Below are positions 1 through 9,622 of a stretch of 61,455 bases of DNA, one piece after another. Source of the stretch: a virus (taxonomy: Duplodnaviria; Caudoviricetes). Below the pieces are notes generated by a model. It made no database searches. It had not been told where the DNA came from and saw only the letters and a list, made by a program, of their open reading frames with translations. The translations under genes and the position numbers were made by a program. Position 1 is the first letter of the stretch; each line of letters starts with the position of its first letter. The stretch covers positions 1 through 61,455 of IMG/VR virus record IMGVR_UViG_3300032893_000045. One strand, 5' to 3'.

Positions 1-127
1 GCGCAACGAAGTGATGGCGGCGACGTCGGCGCAGAACGCCTACACGCAGATGTTGGCGACGCTCGCCAACATGGCGAACTCCTACTCGTACTGAGGGGGC
101 CAAGATGGGATCGCTCAACAGCACCTA
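1..127. repeat. Terminal direct repeat, copy 1 (assembly circularisation overlap)
   Basis: Bases 1-127 are identical to 61329-61455. The repeat cuts through genes, and 127 is a common assembler k-mer size. Confidence 0.95.
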
Positions 128-632
128 TGGCTCAGGGCGGCTCGCGACGACGATGACCCCCGGGGACGATAGCGGCTCGCTCTCGCCCTACGGGATCAAC
201 GCCGGGATGTTGGCGGACGCGATGAGCAAGATGTTCAACCTCTCCGAGCGGGCCGGCGAGGAGGGGCTGAGCTCCGCGATGGAGCGGCGGAAGTGGGCCG
301 AGGACGACCGTCTGCGCCGCCAGCAGCCGAACTCCGGCCTCTCCGCGGCGGCGCCGACCTCGACGATGCCCCCGCAGCAGATGAGCCCCGAGCGCCGGCT
401 CTACATGAACAAGCAGGACCTCGACTACCAGATGAACCCGCTCCAGAACTACACGGGGACGAAGGGCCCGCAGAACGGCATGAATTTCTTCAACCTCCCC
501 GCGGCGCAGGCGATGAGCACGGGGAGCCAGTTCCCGAACGGCTTCGACATCTACGCCGAGCTGCTGAAGTCGGCGGGCGGCTCGCGGCCGCAGATCGGGC
601 TGCCGGAAGCGCCGTGGGGGCAGGGGACGTGA
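105..632 (+). CDS. Putative internal virion/ejection protein, 175 aa
   Basis: GAGGGGG RBS; G/S/M/Q-rich; lies between the nozzle genes and the giant ejection protein. Confidence 0.6.
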   Translation: MGSLNSTYGSGRLATTMTPGDDSGSLSPYGINAGMLADAMSKMFNLSERAGEEGLSSAMERRKWAEDDRLRRQQPNSGLSAAAPTSTMPPQQMSPERRLYMNKQDLDYQMNPLQNYTGTKGPQNGMNFFNLPAAQAMSTGSQFPNGFDIYAELLKSAGGSRPQIGLPEAPWGQGT

Positions 633-817
633 GCTCGATCCGTAACTGGAAGCACTTCCACTCGCCGGGGGACAAGCTGAGCACCTTCACCCGGAGCGAG
701 CCGGTCGACGCGAACGAGCGCGCCACGGAGCTCAAGCCGATCTATCCGCGGGCCCGGCAGCGCAAGAAGATCCGGGCGGGGGACCTGGCCGAGGCGATGG
801 CCGCGAGGAGGCTCTGA
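629..817 (+). CDS. Small basic protein, 62 aa, with shared C-terminal AGDLAEAMAARR motif
   Basis: GTGA overlap with the upstream stop and TGATG overlap with the downstream start. Confidence 0.6.
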   Translation: MSSIRNWKHFHSPGDKLSTFTRSEPVDANERATELKPIYPRARQRKKIRAGDLAEAMAARRL

Positions 818-1995
818 TGAGCAGCACGGTGATGCCGTCGCGCGTCGCGCTCTTCGGGCGAGCGGACCGCTACGGCCGGCTTCCTGACCCGAACGCTCCG
901 GTCAACATCAGCTTCGCTCCGGACCAGGGGCAGGCCGAGTTCGACCTCGAGAACCAGCGGCTCGCCGACCAGGCGCGGCAGGGCACGGAACAGTCCACGC
1001 AGGCCAAGCTCGATGCCGCGGCCAAGGCGCAGGCGAAGCCGGGCGAGGTCGTCGAGGTCCCGCAGTACGTCGACCCGGCTGACTCCTCGCTGGGAGCCGC
1101 CTTCCGGAGCACGGTCCGCGCCGAAGTGCCGAATCCGGCGCCGCGGCCGCCCACCGCTCCGGTGCCGCAGCCCGCTCGCCAGCCGTCTCCGGCCGCGGTC
1201 CAGGCCGGGGCGCACGCCGTCGGCGCCGCCTACGCGCAGACGCACGAGGACCCGCGCCAGACCGATCCGGCCAACCCGAAGAACCTGCTCCGCTACCAGC
1301 TTCCCGGGGAGGGCTGGCAGACCTACGACGCGACCGCGGTCGGCGGCGACCCGCGGCTCCGTGCGGGACTCCACAGCCCGCGGGATCCCTTCGCCTCCTC
1401 CCGGGCCGGGCAGCCGATGCCAGGGACCTTCGAGGCCAGCGGCAACTCGACGGCCGGCGACGAGGCTGTCGTCACCCAGATCGGGCCGAACGGCGCCACG
1501 GGCGGTCCGAGCGAGACCTTCCGGACGCCGACGAAGCAGGAGGCGCTGCTGGACTGGGCCTCGTGGAAGGGCCAGAGGGAGCGGCAGGAGGCAGCCGAGG
1601 GCGCGCAGGAGGAATCCGCCAAGGCGGCGGAGGCCGGCGCGCGGGCCGCGCAGGCGCGCTCGAAGATGCTCGCCGAGGAGCCCTTCCTGGCCGAGGAGAT
1701 CGCGGCCGGGGCGCACACGGGTGTCGAGCAGATCAAGGAGCGGATGGAGGCGCAGCGGCAGGCCGTCATCCGCGGCCGGATGGTGAAGCTCCAGAACGAC
1801 ATCAACGCCATCTGGACCGACCCGCGGTATGCGAAGGCCACCGCCATGCAGAAGCAACAGGCGCAGGACCGCCTCATGCGCCAGGCCGAACTCGAGATGG
1901 GGGCGCTCGTCGAGCGCAACCTCTCGCCTCGAGTGAACCCGCTCGAGGATCTCGTGACGTCGGGCGGAGGGCAGCAGCAGCCGAAGAAGGAGTAG
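817..1995 (+). CDS. Putative ejection protein, 392 aa
   Basis: Translationally coupled; Ala/Gln/Pro-rich with a helical C-terminus; position typical of podovirus core proteins. Confidence 0.6.
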   Translation: MSSTVMPSRVALFGRADRYGRLPDPNAPVNISFAPDQGQAEFDLENQRLADQARQGTEQSTQAKLDAAAKAQAKPGEVVEVPQYVDPADSSLGAAFRSTVRAEVPNPAPRPPTAPVPQPARQPSPAAVQAGAHAVGAAYAQTHEDPRQTDPANPKNLLRYQLPGEGWQTYDATAVGGDPRLRAGLHSPRDPFASSRAGQPMPGTFEASGNSTAGDEAVVTQIGPNGATGGPSETFRTPTKQEALLDWASWKGQRERQEAAEGAQEESAKAAEAGARAAQARSKMLAEEPFLAEEIAAGAHTGVEQIKERMEAQRQAVIRGRMVKLQNDINAIWTDPRYAKATAMQKQQAQDRLMRQAELEMGALVERNLSPRVNPLEDLVTSGGGQQQPKKE

Positions 1996-1998
1996 CCG

Positions 1999-4900
1999 GT
2001 GCCGCGGACGCGGTTCGACGACGAGATGGACCGGATCCTGGCACGGCTGCCTCCTTTGGCACCCGGCGCGGCCGCGCCCGACTACAGCGCGGACCCCGAC
2101 GCGCTCGCGTCCCTGGCCGCCGTCTCCGCCCAGACCCCCGAGGAGGAGGAGAAGAAGCGGGGGATCCTGTCCACGCTCGGAGCGATCATGAACGCTCCGA
2201 AGCGAGCCGTGGGCGTGGCCGCGAACTACTACGCAGGCGGCCCGCTACAGCAGCGAGTTCTCACTGGCGAGGAGCCAGTCCCGGCCGGAACCCTCCTGGC
2301 CGAGGGGCTCGCGGGGCGCCCAGACGTGAGCCAGTCTCCGGCCGAGCAGCACGCCCGGGGCGTCGGCCGGGCCGTGGGCGAGTTCGTCGGCGACATGGCG
2401 ACGGACCCGGTGAACGCAGGGCTGATGCTCGCGGGCCTACCGGGCGGCCCAGTAGGCTCCGCGGCGAAATGGCTCTTCCGCGCCATGATGGCGAAGGCGA
2501 CAGCCGAAGGCGTCGCTCGGACCTACGAGAACTACCGACGCGAAGGATGGACACCGACCACGTCTGAGGAGGGCGCCAAGGCAGCGCTCTCGGGCCTCAC
2601 GCTCGGAAGCACCTTCCTGGGAGGGGCGCCGCGCGAGCCGCTCAACGCGAATCCGGAAGGCTGGACAGCGGGAGGCGAGAACGCCGAGACGGGCGTCATG
2701 CCGCTGCGGCCGCCCGTGGTCTACGCGCGGGAGATCCCCCGCGAGCCCGGCGCGCCCCGCGCCCCGCGTCTACCTCCGGCGCCGCCCGACTACGGCGCCT
2801 ACCCCGCCCAGATCGCCCCCGGCTACCCCCTGCCGCCCGGTCCGGAGGCTGGCGTCGGCGAGGCTGGCGCCGAGGTCCCTCCGCCGCCGCGGCCCCCCGT
2901 GGCGCCGCCGGGCCCTCCGGCGCTCCCCGAGGTCAACATCCCCAAGACGCCCGACCAGATGTCGGACGAGGCCCTCCTCTCGACGCTGTCGGGCATCGAG
3001 GGGGCGATCCGGACGTCGATCCAGCAGAACGACCTGACCCGGGCGATGGACCTGCGGCGCCATCGCAGCGCCCTTCAGGACCTCTACCGCGCCAGGCGGT
3101 ACGGGCCGGACTACGTCGTCGGCCGCGCCGGGGACCTCCTCCAGCTTCGGGACCAACTCCAGCAGGAGCGGGCCGGCGGCGTCGACATGAACCGGGCCCT
3201 CCAGATCGAGGAATCCCTCCAGATCATCGAGGCCGAGCTCCAGCACGCCTCGCTCGGAGCCACCGCGGCGGCCGCCCCGGGCGCAGCGACCGGGCCAGCC
3301 GCGCCTCCGCGCCCTCCGGTGATGCCGGAGACGGCCCCCGTGACCGCTCCAGGCCCGGCGCCGTCCAGGATGCCCCACGTTGCGACGCAGGAGCCTCCGG
3401 CGACCGCCGAGCCGCTGACCCCCCTCGAGGGCGTGCAGGCGGGCAAGCTGGCAACGCGGCCGGGCATCCAGGAACTCCTCGAGCGCGCACAGGCCGAGGG
3501 CGCCGGCCAGCCGGAGGCGCCGCGGCCGGAGGAGGCCAAGGTTCTCACGGGAGGCGAAGCGGCTGGCGCGGGCGCGCGAGCCGGGGCCCAGGAGCCACCG
3601 CCGCCCGTCGAGGTGCTGCCGCCGGCTCCCGGGCCCATGCCCCCACCCGGCGCCCCGGTGGTGGACGTCACGCCGCCCGCGCCTCGCCTCCGGATACCGG
3701 CACCGACGCCGGCCCCAGCCCCCCGCCCGGAACCGGCACCGCCTGCCTCCGTCCCTGTTCCTACCGCTGCGGCCGGTCCGCAGCCGGCTCCCACCGCGCC
3801 ACCCCTTCCTTCGCCGGCACCCCGGGCGGGGCCTGCCGAAGAGGAAGCGCCGAGCATACCAGGCCGGGCGCTCACGCCCAAGGAGTCGACGCGGAAGCCG
3901 CAGGCGGCCCCGAAAGTCGGCCAGTTCGACCTCGACGGCGAGCCGTACTGGTCGAACAACCACATGATCGTCCACGGCCGAGCCCGCGGCGCCTCGAAGC
4001 TCGCGGTTGCGCCGGAGGCGATCGTCAAGGCCACGGCCGCGGACGTCCCGGCCCAGCCGATCGGCTTCGAGGAGGGCAGTCCGGCGATCACGCAACTCCA
4101 TGGCAAGACGACGCCGGAGCGCGTCCCGGCGGTCTGGCTCCAGGGCGCGATCCGGCCAGGCCAGCCGGTCTCCGTCCCGGTCGATCCGGACTACTTCCAC
4201 ACCGTCCGGGCGGCCGGCGAGGGCGAATGGCGCGTGGACCGCAAGGGGACGCGGGCGACGCTCTACGGGCCCGAGGGTCGGCTGGTCGGCTCGATCGCCC
4301 GGCTCCACGCCGAGCGGACGCCGCCCGAGGATCTCCAGCCGCTTCCTGCCCGCGGCGCGCCCACCGCGGACGTCGCCGCCGTGGCCCAGCACCAGGCCGC
4401 GCTCGAGGACGCCAAGGACAAGGCCGGCAAGGTCCGGTGGGCGAAGGTCCCCGACCCACCCCGAGACGAGGAGGGCAACCGCATCCTGCCGGGGCAGGAG
4501 GACTGGACTCCTGCGCGCCGGGCGCTCGTCCATGCCACCGCCGACGACGCCGTGCGGCAGGTGGCCGAGGAGGAGCGGCTCGAGCCGACCGGCCCTCGCG
4601 ACATCGTGGATGAGAACGGCCGGGCGCGCCGGGAGGGCCAGCGGGTCGGCCGGGCGAACCGGGACATGGGGCGCGGCTGGGAGGGCGAGCGGGAGACCTT
4701 CGCCGTCGGCTCGAAGAAGCCCGGGACGGCCGTCGAGGATGTGAACCTCGGCCCGAAGGAGATGGTCGCCGCCCTGAAGCGGGACAAGGGCAACCCGGAG
4801 GAGACGGAGATCCACCAGGCCGTCGACAAGTGGAACACCGAGTTCGCCTACCGCCATGCGTCTGAAATCCAGACTGACCCGCTGTGGTCCCGGGGATACC

Positions 4901-7900
4901 CCGACGAGATCGCGGCCGGGCTGCGGGACCGCCAGCGCGCGGGGGCGCCTCCGGAGCCAGCGCCGGTCGAGACGGCTCCCCGCCGGCCGCTCTACGAGAA
5001 GACGAAGGAGGGCGATCAAGCCCTGATCCCGGGGACGCTCGAGGCCGCGGCCGGCACGCCGGCCCCGAAGCCGGCCGAGACGTTCGCCGAGGCGCCGCTC
5101 TTCCGCCAGGACGAGGAGGCGGCCGCCCGCGAGCGCCAAGCCGCCTTCGAGCGGGCCCAGCAGCCGCTTCCGATCGAGGATCGTCTGGCGACGGTCGAGA
5201 AGGAGAACGCCGCGCTGAAGGAGCAGCGGCTCGCCCAACTCGAGGCGGAGAACAAGGCGCTCGCCGAGAAGGTGGCGCCGGTCAAGGCGCTGCCCCGCCT
5301 CGCGGAAGTGACGGCCGACGGAGGCCAGTTGACGCTCGCCTTCCACCGGGCAGAGGGCACGGTGGACAAGGAGACGCTGCGCTCCTTCCTTCAGCCGATG
5401 GCACCGGAGCACTCCGTCAACCTCGAGTCGGTGGACACCAGCCACGGCCTGAATCCCGACCTGCAAGTCTTCAAGGCGACCTTCTGGAACAAGGCGAACC
5501 AGCTTGATCCAGCCGCCGCGAAGCAGGTCGAGCAGGCGCTCGGCGGCCGGATGCGCCGCGAGCCGCCCCTGCCTATGGTCGAGGATCAGGCCAAGGAGAT
5601 CGGCGAGAGGCTCGCCCGCGCTGGCGCGACGCCCGGTATGCTGGGTCCGTGGGACGGCCACGGCGATCGGCCCGGCAGCCTCCAGCCGGACCCGACGGAC
5701 CGGAAACTGACCGCCTGGCTGCGCGTCCGCGACGCAGCCCGCGACCTCGGCGCCGAGATGAAGGACGGGATCGTGCGCCCTGACACCCAGCGTCAGGCGT
5801 TCGGCGCCCGGGAAGCCTTCGTCAGCAAGTACGGAGCGCTCCACAACGCGACTGCCTTCGCCGCGGATCCCGATTATGCCCTCACCCTGGCTCTCGAGGA
5901 CTGGACGCCGCCCAGCGAGAAGGTCCCCGGCAAGGTCGCGCCCATCCGGGCAGCCGCCGCGAAGCCGTCGAAGCTGCTGACGACGGACCAGATCAGCGAG
6001 CAGGAGTTCGGCGAGCGGCTCGCCCAGGCCGTCGATGAAGCCGGCCCGACGGCAGCCAAGCAGGCGGCCGAAGACGCGGACGACGCCTACCAGGCCGAGC
6101 TCGAGCGGGTCTACGGGAAGGAGGCCGGAGACGCCCGCTACGACCTGGCGCGCAACACCGCGACGCCTGAGCTCTTCCGGCTGCGGCAGGCGAAGGACGA
6201 GGCGGACCGGGTCAACCTCCGCCACGGCGGAGGCGGCCAGCAACCGCCGCCCCCGACCAAGCCGGCGCCGCCGGGCGCGCCCGAGGCGGAGCCGCCCGAA
6301 TCGAAGTGGAAGAAGATCGTCGACGGCGCCAAGAAGCGCAACCGGAAGCGGGCCCGCGGCGGGACGGCGAACATGGGCGTCGACCCCGAGCACCTGGCCG
6401 ACGTGGCGATCGAAGGCGCGGACCTCGCCTATCGCGGCGCCAAGAGCTTCGGCTCGTGGTCCGAGGCCATGATGCGGACGGTCGGCCGGATGTTCGGCGG
6501 CCTGCGCGACTTCCTGGCTGGGATCTGGCGCGCGATCCGGCGGCTCTTCAGTCCGGCTGAGCGCGAGGGCGCGCCGCGGGAGGAGGCCGGAGCCGGTGGT
6601 GGTGAGCCTCCGCGGCCCCCGCGTCCGCCCAGGATGCCGCCGCGAGGCGAGGCGCCCGAGCCCGAGGGGCGCCGCGGGCCCGAGCCGTTCACTGGCGCCG
6701 CTGCGCGCCGAGCGGGCGAAGCGGCTGCCCATGCCGGCGAAGAGCCGATGCCCGAGCGCGGGAAGCCGGGCGGCAGGCCAGACGACCCGATCAACTTCCG
6801 GCGCACGCAGACAGAGGAGGACGTCGCCGACTACGAGAAGCGCTTCGTCGACGCCGCGCGGGAGGAGTTTGCGAACGCGCGTAGGCCGATGACCTTCGAC
6901 GAGATCAAGCGCCTCGCCCTTCAGAACGGCTACACGGCAGAGGAAGTCATCCGGCTCCAGAAGCTACATGGCGTCCTCGATGCCGCCCAGATCACAGGCG
7001 GCCGCCGGGCCCGGGAGACGGCGGCGGCCTTCGCAACAGAGAAGCTCCGCGACTGGCGCGACCTCCAGAAGCGGTTCTCCGAAGAGACCGACGAGAAGGT
7101 GAAGGCGCGACTGAAGGAGGAGGTCCTCGAGGCCCAGCGCGAATACTTCATCGCCAACTCGAAGTTCGGAGCCATCGCGCTGCACAGCGTCGCCGCCGGG
7201 ACGGAGATCGGACGCGCCCTCGCGGCCATGCGTATCGCCTCCGAGCCGCTGAGCCCGCTCGAGCTCACCTTCCAGAAGCTACTCCGTGGCGCGATCAATC
7301 AGAAGCAGGCCGACGCGCTCGCCGACGCGCTGCTGCGGAAGGACGCCGCGGCGGTCACCCGGATTGCCCGGGAGATGAACAAGCCGAAGGTCTGGGACTA
7401 CGTCCGAGAATACTGGGTCAACTCTCTGATCTCCGGCCTGCCCACGTTCGCGGCGAAGCGGCTCTCGGACGTGGCCTTCGAGTCCTTCCTGCGGATCCCC
7501 GAGCGCGGCGTCGCGGGTGTCCTCGAGAAGGGCCCTCGGCAGTTCTTCGAGCGCATGTTCGGACGCAAGGTCTCGCCGGAGCCGGAGCGGTGGACCCGCG
7601 AGATGCAGGAGGCTTTCAAGGCTCACCTGAACGCCAACTTCGGGCTGATGGACTCGCTGAAGGCGGCGGCGGACTACCTGATCCACCCGGACAAGGCCGA
7701 GCTCGACCTCTTCACCTTCGGAGAGCTTCACCCTCCGGCGATCCCGGGCCCGTTCGGGACCGTGATCCGCAGCGCCAGCCGCATCATCAAGGGCCTCGAC
7801 TACGGGGCGAAGTACGCCGCGATGCAGAGCGAGGTGGCTGCGCGGATCCTCCGGCAGGTCATGGGCGAGGCGCAGAAGAGCGGCATCGCGTGGGACGAGG

Positions 7901-9210
7901 CGCACGTCCAGGCACGGATGGGCGAGCTCCAGGACCAGTTCGGCCGCTTCGCCGACATCATGACGCGAAAGCAGATGGGCGAGGTCCTCTCGCGCGAGGA
8001 GAACCGCTACGTCGCCCAGAACCCCAAGCTCCAGGCGATGTACGACGGCAGCATGGCCGCCGCGCGCCAAGCCACCTTCCAGGACCAGGTCGACCCGCTG
8101 ACCCGCGCCTTCATGCAGATGCGGCATCAGCACCCGTGGATCAGCCTCTTCGTCCCCTTCATGGCGGTGCCGAGCCGGATCCTGGCGAACGCGCTCCAGC
8201 GCTCCCCGTTCGGCGCCTACAGCGTCTTCCGCCGGGCGCAGACGGGCGAGCTCACGGGTGGCGCGCTCTCGGACGAGATGGCGAAGGTCGTCTGGGGCAA
8301 CCTGCTCGGAGCGGGCCTGTACCTCGCGGCGCGGCAGGGCTTCATCACCGGCTCCGGGCCGACCGATCCGGACGCGCAGCGGGTCTGGCGGGACACCGGC
8401 AAGGTCCCCTATGCCGTCAAGTTCGGGAACACCTGGGTCTCGCTGTCGCGCATGGAGCCGCTCGGCACCACGATCGGCTGGGCCGGCGACCTCGCGGAGG
8501 CGACGGATCCCAAGACCGCCGGCCACCTGTACGACAAGCTCCTCCAGAGCCTCACGACGAACCTCGTACAGAAGACCTACCTCCAGGGCATCGTCTCCCT
8601 GAGCGAGGCGATCGGCGACCCGGCCCGCGAGGGCCCGCTGGCCCTGCGTCGGATGGCCGGTGTCGTGGTGCCCAACATCTTCGCCAAGGCCGCGCAAGCG
8701 ATCGACCCCGTCGTGCGAGAGACGCCGGACATCAGCTCCACGATCCTCTCGAGGATCCCGATCCTTTCCGAGAGCGTCCCGGCGCGGCACGGCGGGACCG
8801 GCGAGGAGATCACGCGGCCCGAGGACGTCGTCTCGCGCTTCGCCTCGCCCTTCCGCTACTCCCCGGAAGCGGGCCCAGAGAAGAACCTTGAGCGCATCTT
8901 CCTCGAGACCGGCTACATCCCGTCGTCGTCGCCGAAGAACATGGTCGTGCCGGGGACGGAGGGAAAGAGCATCGACCTCACGCCCGACGAGCGGGCCACC
9001 TACGCCGGCTACGCCTCGCGCGCCACGGAGTTCGCCCGCGGCCTGGCCGAGGACGACAGCTTCACGAACCTGCCTCCTGTCGCTCAGGAGGAGGTCCTGC
9101 GTCGGATCTACCGCTACTCGCACGACGCCGCCCACGAAGCGCTGCTCGCCTCCGTGATGCAGCGGGTCTCCGGCGGCGAAGTCGAGTGGCGCGAGCGGAA
9201 GCGGAAGTAG
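1999..9210 (+). CDS. Giant internal virion/DNA-ejection (polyvalent-type) protein, 2403 aa
   Basis: AGGAG RBS. Pro-rich linkers. The C-terminal helical region (PFMAVPSRIL; GFITGSGP..WRDTGKVPYAVKFGNTWVSLSRMEPLG) resembles the C-termini of large podovirus ejection proteins. Confidence 0.75.
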   Translation: MPRTRFDDEMDRILARLPPLAPGAAAPDYSADPDALASLAAVSAQTPEEEEKKRGILSTLGAIMNAPKRAVGVAANYYAGGPLQQRVLTGEEPVPAGTLLAEGLAGRPDVSQSPAEQHARGVGRAVGEFVGDMATDPVNAGLMLAGLPGGPVGSAAKWLFRAMMAKATAEGVARTYENYRREGWTPTTSEEGAKAALSGLTLGSTFLGGAPREPLNANPEGWTAGGENAETGVMPLRPPVVYAREIPREPGAPRAPRLPPAPPDYGAYPAQIAPGYPLPPGPEAGVGEAGAEVPPPPRPPVAPPGPPALPEVNIPKTPDQMSDEALLSTLSGIEGAIRTSIQQNDLTRAMDLRRHRSALQDLYRARRYGPDYVVGRAGDLLQLRDQLQQERAGGVDMNRALQIEESLQIIEAELQHASLGATAAAAPGAATGPAAPPRPPVMPETAPVTAPGPAPSRMPHVATQEPPATAEPLTPLEGVQAGKLATRPGIQELLERAQAEGAGQPEAPRPEEAKVLTGGEAAGAGARAGAQEPPPPVEVLPPAPGPMPPPGAPVVDVTPPAPRLRIPAPTPAPAPRPEPAPPASVPVPTAAAGPQPAPTAPPLPSPAPRAGPAEEEAPSIPGRALTPKESTRKPQAAPKVGQFDLDGEPYWSNNHMIVHGRARGASKLAVAPEAIVKATAADVPAQPIGFEEGSPAITQLHGKTTPERVPAVWLQGAIRPGQPVSVPVDPDYFHTVRAAGEGEWRVDRKGTRATLYGPEGRLVGSIARLHAERTPPEDLQPLPARGAPTADVAAVAQHQAALEDAKDKAGKVRWAKVPDPPRDEEGNRILPGQEDWTPARRALVHATADDAVRQVAEEERLEPTGPRDIVDENGRARREGQRVGRANRDMGRGWEGERETFAVGSKKPGTAVEDVNLGPKEMVAALKRDKGNPEETEIHQAVDKWNTEFAYRHASEIQTDPLWSRGYPDEIAAGLRDRQRAGAPPEPAPVETAPRRPLYEKTKEGDQALIPGTLEAAAGTPAPKPAETFAEAPLFRQDEEAAARERQAAFERAQQPLPIEDRLATVEKENAALKEQRLAQLEAENKALAEKVAPVKALPRLAEVTADGGQLTLAFHRAEGTVDKETLRSFLQPMAPEHSVNLESVDTSHGLNPDLQVFKATFWNKANQLDPAAAKQVEQALGGRMRREPPLPMVEDQAKEIGERLARAGATPGMLGPWDGHGDRPGSLQPDPTDRKLTAWLRVRDAARDLGAEMKDGIVRPDTQRQAFGAREAFVSKYGALHNATAFAADPDYALTLALEDWTPPSEKVPGKVAPIRAAAAKPSKLLTTDQISEQEFGERLAQAVDEAGPTAAKQAAEDADDAYQAELERVYGKEAGDARYDLARNTATPELFRLRQAKDEADRVNLRHGGGGQQPPPPTKPAPPGAPEAEPPESKWKKIVDGAKKRNRKRARGGTANMGVDPEHLADVAIEGADLAYRGAKSFGSWSEAMMRTVGRMFGGLRDFLAGIWRAIRRLFSPAEREGAPREEAGAGGGEPPRPPRPPRMPPRGEAPEPEGRRGPEPFTGAAARRAGEAAAHAGEEPMPERGKPGGRPDDPINFRRTQTEEDVADYEKRFVDAAREEFANARRPMTFDEIKRLALQNGYTAEEVIRLQKLHGVLDAAQITGGRRARETAAAFATEKLRDWRDLQKRFSEETDEKVKARLKEEVLEAQREYFIANSKFGAIALHSVAAGTEIGRALAAMRIASEPLSPLELTFQKLLRGAINQKQADALADALLRKDAAAVTRIAREMNKPKVWDYVREYWVNSLISGLPTFAAKRLSDVAFESFLRIPERGVAGVLEKGPRQFFERMFGRKVSPEPERWTREMQEAFKAHLNANFGLMDSLKAAADYLIHPDKAELDLFTFGELHPPAIPGPFGTVIRSASRIIKGLDYGAKYAAMQSEVAARILRQVMGEAQKSGIAWDEAHVQARMGELQDQFGRFADIMTRKQMGEVLSREENRYVAQNPKLQAMYDGSMAAARQATFQDQVDPLTRAFMQMRHQHPWISLFVPFMAVPSRILANALQRSPFGAYSVFRRAQTGELTGGALSDEMAKVVWGNLLGAGLYLAARQGFITGSGPTDPDAQRVWRDTGKVPYAVKFGNTWVSLSRMEPLGTTIGWAGDLAEATDPKTAGHLYDKLLQSLTTNLVQKTYLQGIVSLSEAIGDPAREGPLALRRMAGVVVPNIFAKAAQAIDPVVRETPDISSTILSRIPILSESVPARHGGTGEEITRPEDVVSRFASPFRYSPEAGPEKNLERIFLETGYIPSSSPKNMVVPGTEGKSIDLTPDERATYAGYASRATEFARGLAEDDSFTNLPPVAQEEVLRRIYRYSHDAAHEALLASVMQRVSGGEVEWRERKRK

Positions 9211-9211
9211 C

Positions 9212-9622
9212 ATGGCGTGGCTCAGAGACTTCCGGTCGGGCACCTGGGAGAAGGTCAGGGGCGAGCTCTACCTGTTCCTTCAGGGCGTGCAGGAGAGCCT
9301 CGACGGCCGCAAGGGTTACACGAGCGAGCAGTACCAGGTCCGATCGGAGAAGGGTAAGGCGGGAGGCTACGCCAGCCTCGGCGGGGACGCCGCGGTCCTC
9401 GACATCCAGCTTCGCTCCCTCATCGGCGACACGGGCGCAGGCGGTCACCGCGGTCTCGTCCCGGCGCCGGTAGCCGGCGATGCGGCGGCGGGTCGGTTCC
9501 TCAAGGCGGACGCGACGTGGTCCGTCCCGGCCGGCGGCGGCGGCGGGTCACCCAACCTCGACGGCGGATTCCCCGATACCATCTACGGCGGCGTGACGCC
9601 GATTGACGGAGGGACGCCCTGA
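9212..9622 (+). CDS. Tail fibre adaptor / short fibre protein
   Basis: Fibre-type motifs EKGKAGGYASL and GLVPAPVAGDAAAGRFLKADATW; C-terminal LDGG..IDGG; coupled to the next gene. Confidence 0.65.
   Translation: MAWLRDFRSGTWEKVRGELYLFLQGVQESLDGRKGYTSEQYQVRSEKGKAGGYASLGGDAAVLDIQLRSLIGDTGAGGHRGLVPAPVAGDAAAGRFLKADATWSVPAGGGGGSPNLDGGFPDTIYGGVTPIDGGTP

Noticed and set aside
1-127. Terminal repeat as a biological direct terminal repeat
   Set aside because: It is exactly 127 bp, cuts through coding sequence and matches a typical assembler k-mer overlap.
2770-9243. Very long antisense ORFs (1320 aa, 654 aa) and similar ones opposite the portal and capsid genes
   Set aside because: These are shadow ORFs expected from high-GC codon bias; they are Arg/Gly/Leu-rich with no motifs or RBS.
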